The position numbers and the translations under genes were made by a program. A stretch of DNA of 64,000 bases from Botryllus schlosseri (Eukaryota): the NCBI GenBank assembly GCA_051294905.1, contig CM119371.1, positions 27,282,001-27,346,000 of the forward strand, written 5' to 3'. Shown in pieces: positions 62,379 to 64,000 of the stretch (position 1 is its first letter; every line of letters starts with the position of its first letter). The notes below the pieces were generated by a model, which worked only from the letters and a program-made list of their open reading frames with translations, made no database searches and was not told where the DNA came from.

Positions 62379-62842
62379 ATGGCTACTAACTACTTAAAAT
62401 CTATACTGCAACATTCCAACCTGGATCAACTACACAACAAGACACTGCGCCGTTATCACGATCGCATTCAAGTCGTCGACATGTATTTGAGACATGATAT
62501 GTCGAATGAATTCTACAATCAATGCATTTCAAGCCAACGCGATGATTTAGAACAATGCTCCCATGGTGAGATAGCATGTATGATTTTGTGTTCTCATGGT
62601 AGACATTTTCACAAATAACTTTCTGACACAACTCTAATACCATTTCATATCTAGACTGGGAACAACTGCTCGACGACCTTCAAAAAGCCTTTGTGACCTT
62701 GCAGCTACCCCTGACGAAATTACAAGCCAGTGATGAGGACTTTGTGACACGCGGCAAACTACTGAATCGAACTTTACTGGGGTTATACATCCCACTTGAG
62801 GATGAATACAACAGTGGGTTTTCCCAGTCCGCAGACTCGTGA
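62379..62842 (+). CDS. Polinton hypothetical protein B (124 aa), two exons 62379-62565 and 62655-62842
   Basis: 89-nt phase-1 intron GTGAGA...CTCTAAT...CTAG; splicing gives a gap-free alignment with protein A across the junction. Confidence 0.8.
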
Positions 62843-62890
62843 TATATATATATAAATACATTCGTTTTTCGAGTTTGAATAAACAGCAAC

Positions 62891-63499
62891 ATGGAATTCA
62901 AGCATCCTTTCTCATTCATCCTATCTGGACCATCTCGTAGTGGTAAAACTACTTTCATCACTAAACTTATCAAGAATGCAGCCTCGATGATCAAACCTAA
63001 TATTTCTAGAATCGTGTACTGTTATAATAATTATCAGAGTATTTTTGAGACCATGCCCCAGGTTGAATTTTACAATGGATTGGAGATTTTGGAAGATCTT
63101 AAATCAAGTAATGAGGATGTATTGATAATAGTAGACGATTTTATGACTCAGACAGAAAAATTGGTAGAATATTTTATACGTATATCGCATCATAATCGAA
63201 AGTCAATAATTTTATGCACGCAGAATTTCCATCATCAGGGTAAAGGGGCTCGCGACCTTAGTCTATCAGCTATGTATGTCTGCCTGTTTAAAAATCCCAG
63301 AGATCAGAACCAAATATCCGTCTTGGGGCGTCAGATGTACCCAAAGTCTAAGTTTCTAACAGAATGTTATAGAGACGCTGTCAAGAGACCTCATTCGTAT
63401 TTGTGCCTGGATCTCACCCAAGAGTGCCCCGACGATAGACGGGTCATGACCAATATATTTCCAGGCGAAACATTGACTATTTACACTCAACCGGTATAA
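62891..63499 (+). CDS. A32/FtsK-like DNA packaging ATPase of Polintons
   Basis: HPF, Walker A GPSRSGKT, Walker B IIVDD, SHH...TQN, LFKNPRD, YLCLDL; TATA-like TATAAATA at ~62851. Confidence 0.95.
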   Translation: MEFKHPFSFILSGPSRSGKTTFITKLIKNAASMIKPNISRIVYCYNNYQSIFETMPQVEFYNGLEILEDLKSSNEDVLIIVDDFMTQTEKLVEYFIRISHHNRKSIILCTQNFHHQGKGARDLSLSAMYVCLFKNPRDQNQISVLGRQMYPKSKFLTECYRDAVKRPHSYLCLDLTQECPDDRRVMTNIFPGETLTIYTQPV

Positions 63500-63529
63500 A
63501 TACCGGAGTGTACGCTGTTCTGGTTCAAA

Positions 63530-63877
63530 ATGACTCCGATTCCGCGCAGAACAAGAGACCATTTGCCAACATTAGCATTCTTGCATCAAGCTAAACCTTC
63601 GATACGCAAGGAGATTTTATCTGGGGCTAGTGAAGGTCTAATACGTTGTATTTGTGAGTGTGCGAAAAATTTATTACACGGAAATATACCGCTATCAGCG
63701 TCCCAGAGAAAACGCTTGTGTTGCCATAGGAACATCTTGAGGAAGCTTACCAGTAAAGACGTTTCATTGCGCCGTAAAAGGACTCTTGTAACTCAAAATG
63801 GTGGGATGTTTATGTCTCTAATATCAAGTATACTCCCAGTAGTTACAGGATTACTCGGGAATTTATTTAAGAAATGA
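63530..63877 (+). CDS. Polinton PW-like basic virion protein with C-terminal GG cleavage-like site and amphipathic tail
   Basis: LIRCICECAKNLLHGNIPL and QNGGMFMSLISSILP resemble PW as recalled; follows the ATPase; TATAAATA at 63495. Confidence 0.8.
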   Translation: MTPIPRRTRDHLPTLAFLHQAKPSIRKEILSGASEGLIRCICECAKNLLHGNIPLSASQRKRLCCHRNILRKLTSKDVSLRRKRTLVTQNGGMFMSLISSILPVVTGLLGNLFKK

Positions 63878-64000
63878 CCCATTTTAAGAAAATCTACGTC
63901 ACGCCGAATCCACTGAACCATGTCGACATTCAAAAACTGAATTCGGACATCGATAAACGTATATATGAAATATTACAAATGGATATTCCACGGGGTAAAA
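63874..64000 (+). CDS. 5' part of the next Polinton ORF (probably PZ-like), truncated by the window end
   Basis: ATG overlaps the PW stop (ATGA); open to the end: MTHFKKIYVTPNPLNHVDIQKLNSDIDKRIYEILQMDIPRGK; assignment rests on synteny and weak resemblance. Confidence 0.6.
   Translation, partial: MTHFKKIYVTPNPLNHVDIQKLNSDIDKRIYEILQMDIPRGK

Larger units (their letters stand above)
54495..64000. mobile_element. Polinton/Maverick (adintovirus-like endogenous dsDNA virus), left portion; continues beyond the window
   Basis: Intact pPolB, A32-like ATPase, PW-like and PZ-like ORFs at viral gene density; candidate terminus AGTAGT at 54495 (exact end less certain than element identity). Confidence 0.95.

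Noticed and set aside
62566..62618. Unspliced C-terminus of the 92-aa ORF (GEIACMILCSHGRHFHK)
   Set aside because: Paralogy with gene A continues only in the spliced frame
1..64000. tRNA, rRNA, CRISPR arrays or prokaryotic systems
   Set aside because: None recognised by eye; covariance-model searches were not possible

Overview
AT-rich metazoan genomic DNA (invertebrate-like; species not determinable), in two parts. (1) 1-54494 is host DNA. It is packed with non-autonomous hAT elements/MITEs (many with verifiable 8-bp TSDs, some nested three deep), a foldback element, Chapaev3-like, Buster-type hAT and Penelope relics, and a ~4-5 kb tandem segmental duplication. It also has many minus-strand phase-1/phase-1 exons that seem to form a tandem family of disordered proteins with hydrophobic C-terminal anchors. 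(2) From ~54495 to the window end is the left ~9.5 kb of an apparently intact Polinton/Maverick (adintovirus-like) endogenous virus: AGTAGT terminus, protein-primed PolB (vOTU, Zn finger, Vsr-like insert), packaging ATPase, PW-like and PZ-like ORFs. The most interesting parts are its accessory module and its use of splicing. These are a tandem-OB-fold RPA-like protein, a Bcl-2-like gene that appears to keep the cellular BH2 intron, a PxxS-rich disordered protein, a paralogous pair of unknown genes (one visible only after removing an 89-nt intron), and three ~70-nt introns upstream of polB, with CAG|ATG acceptors in front of three successive genes. All assignments come from manual motif reading, not database searches.
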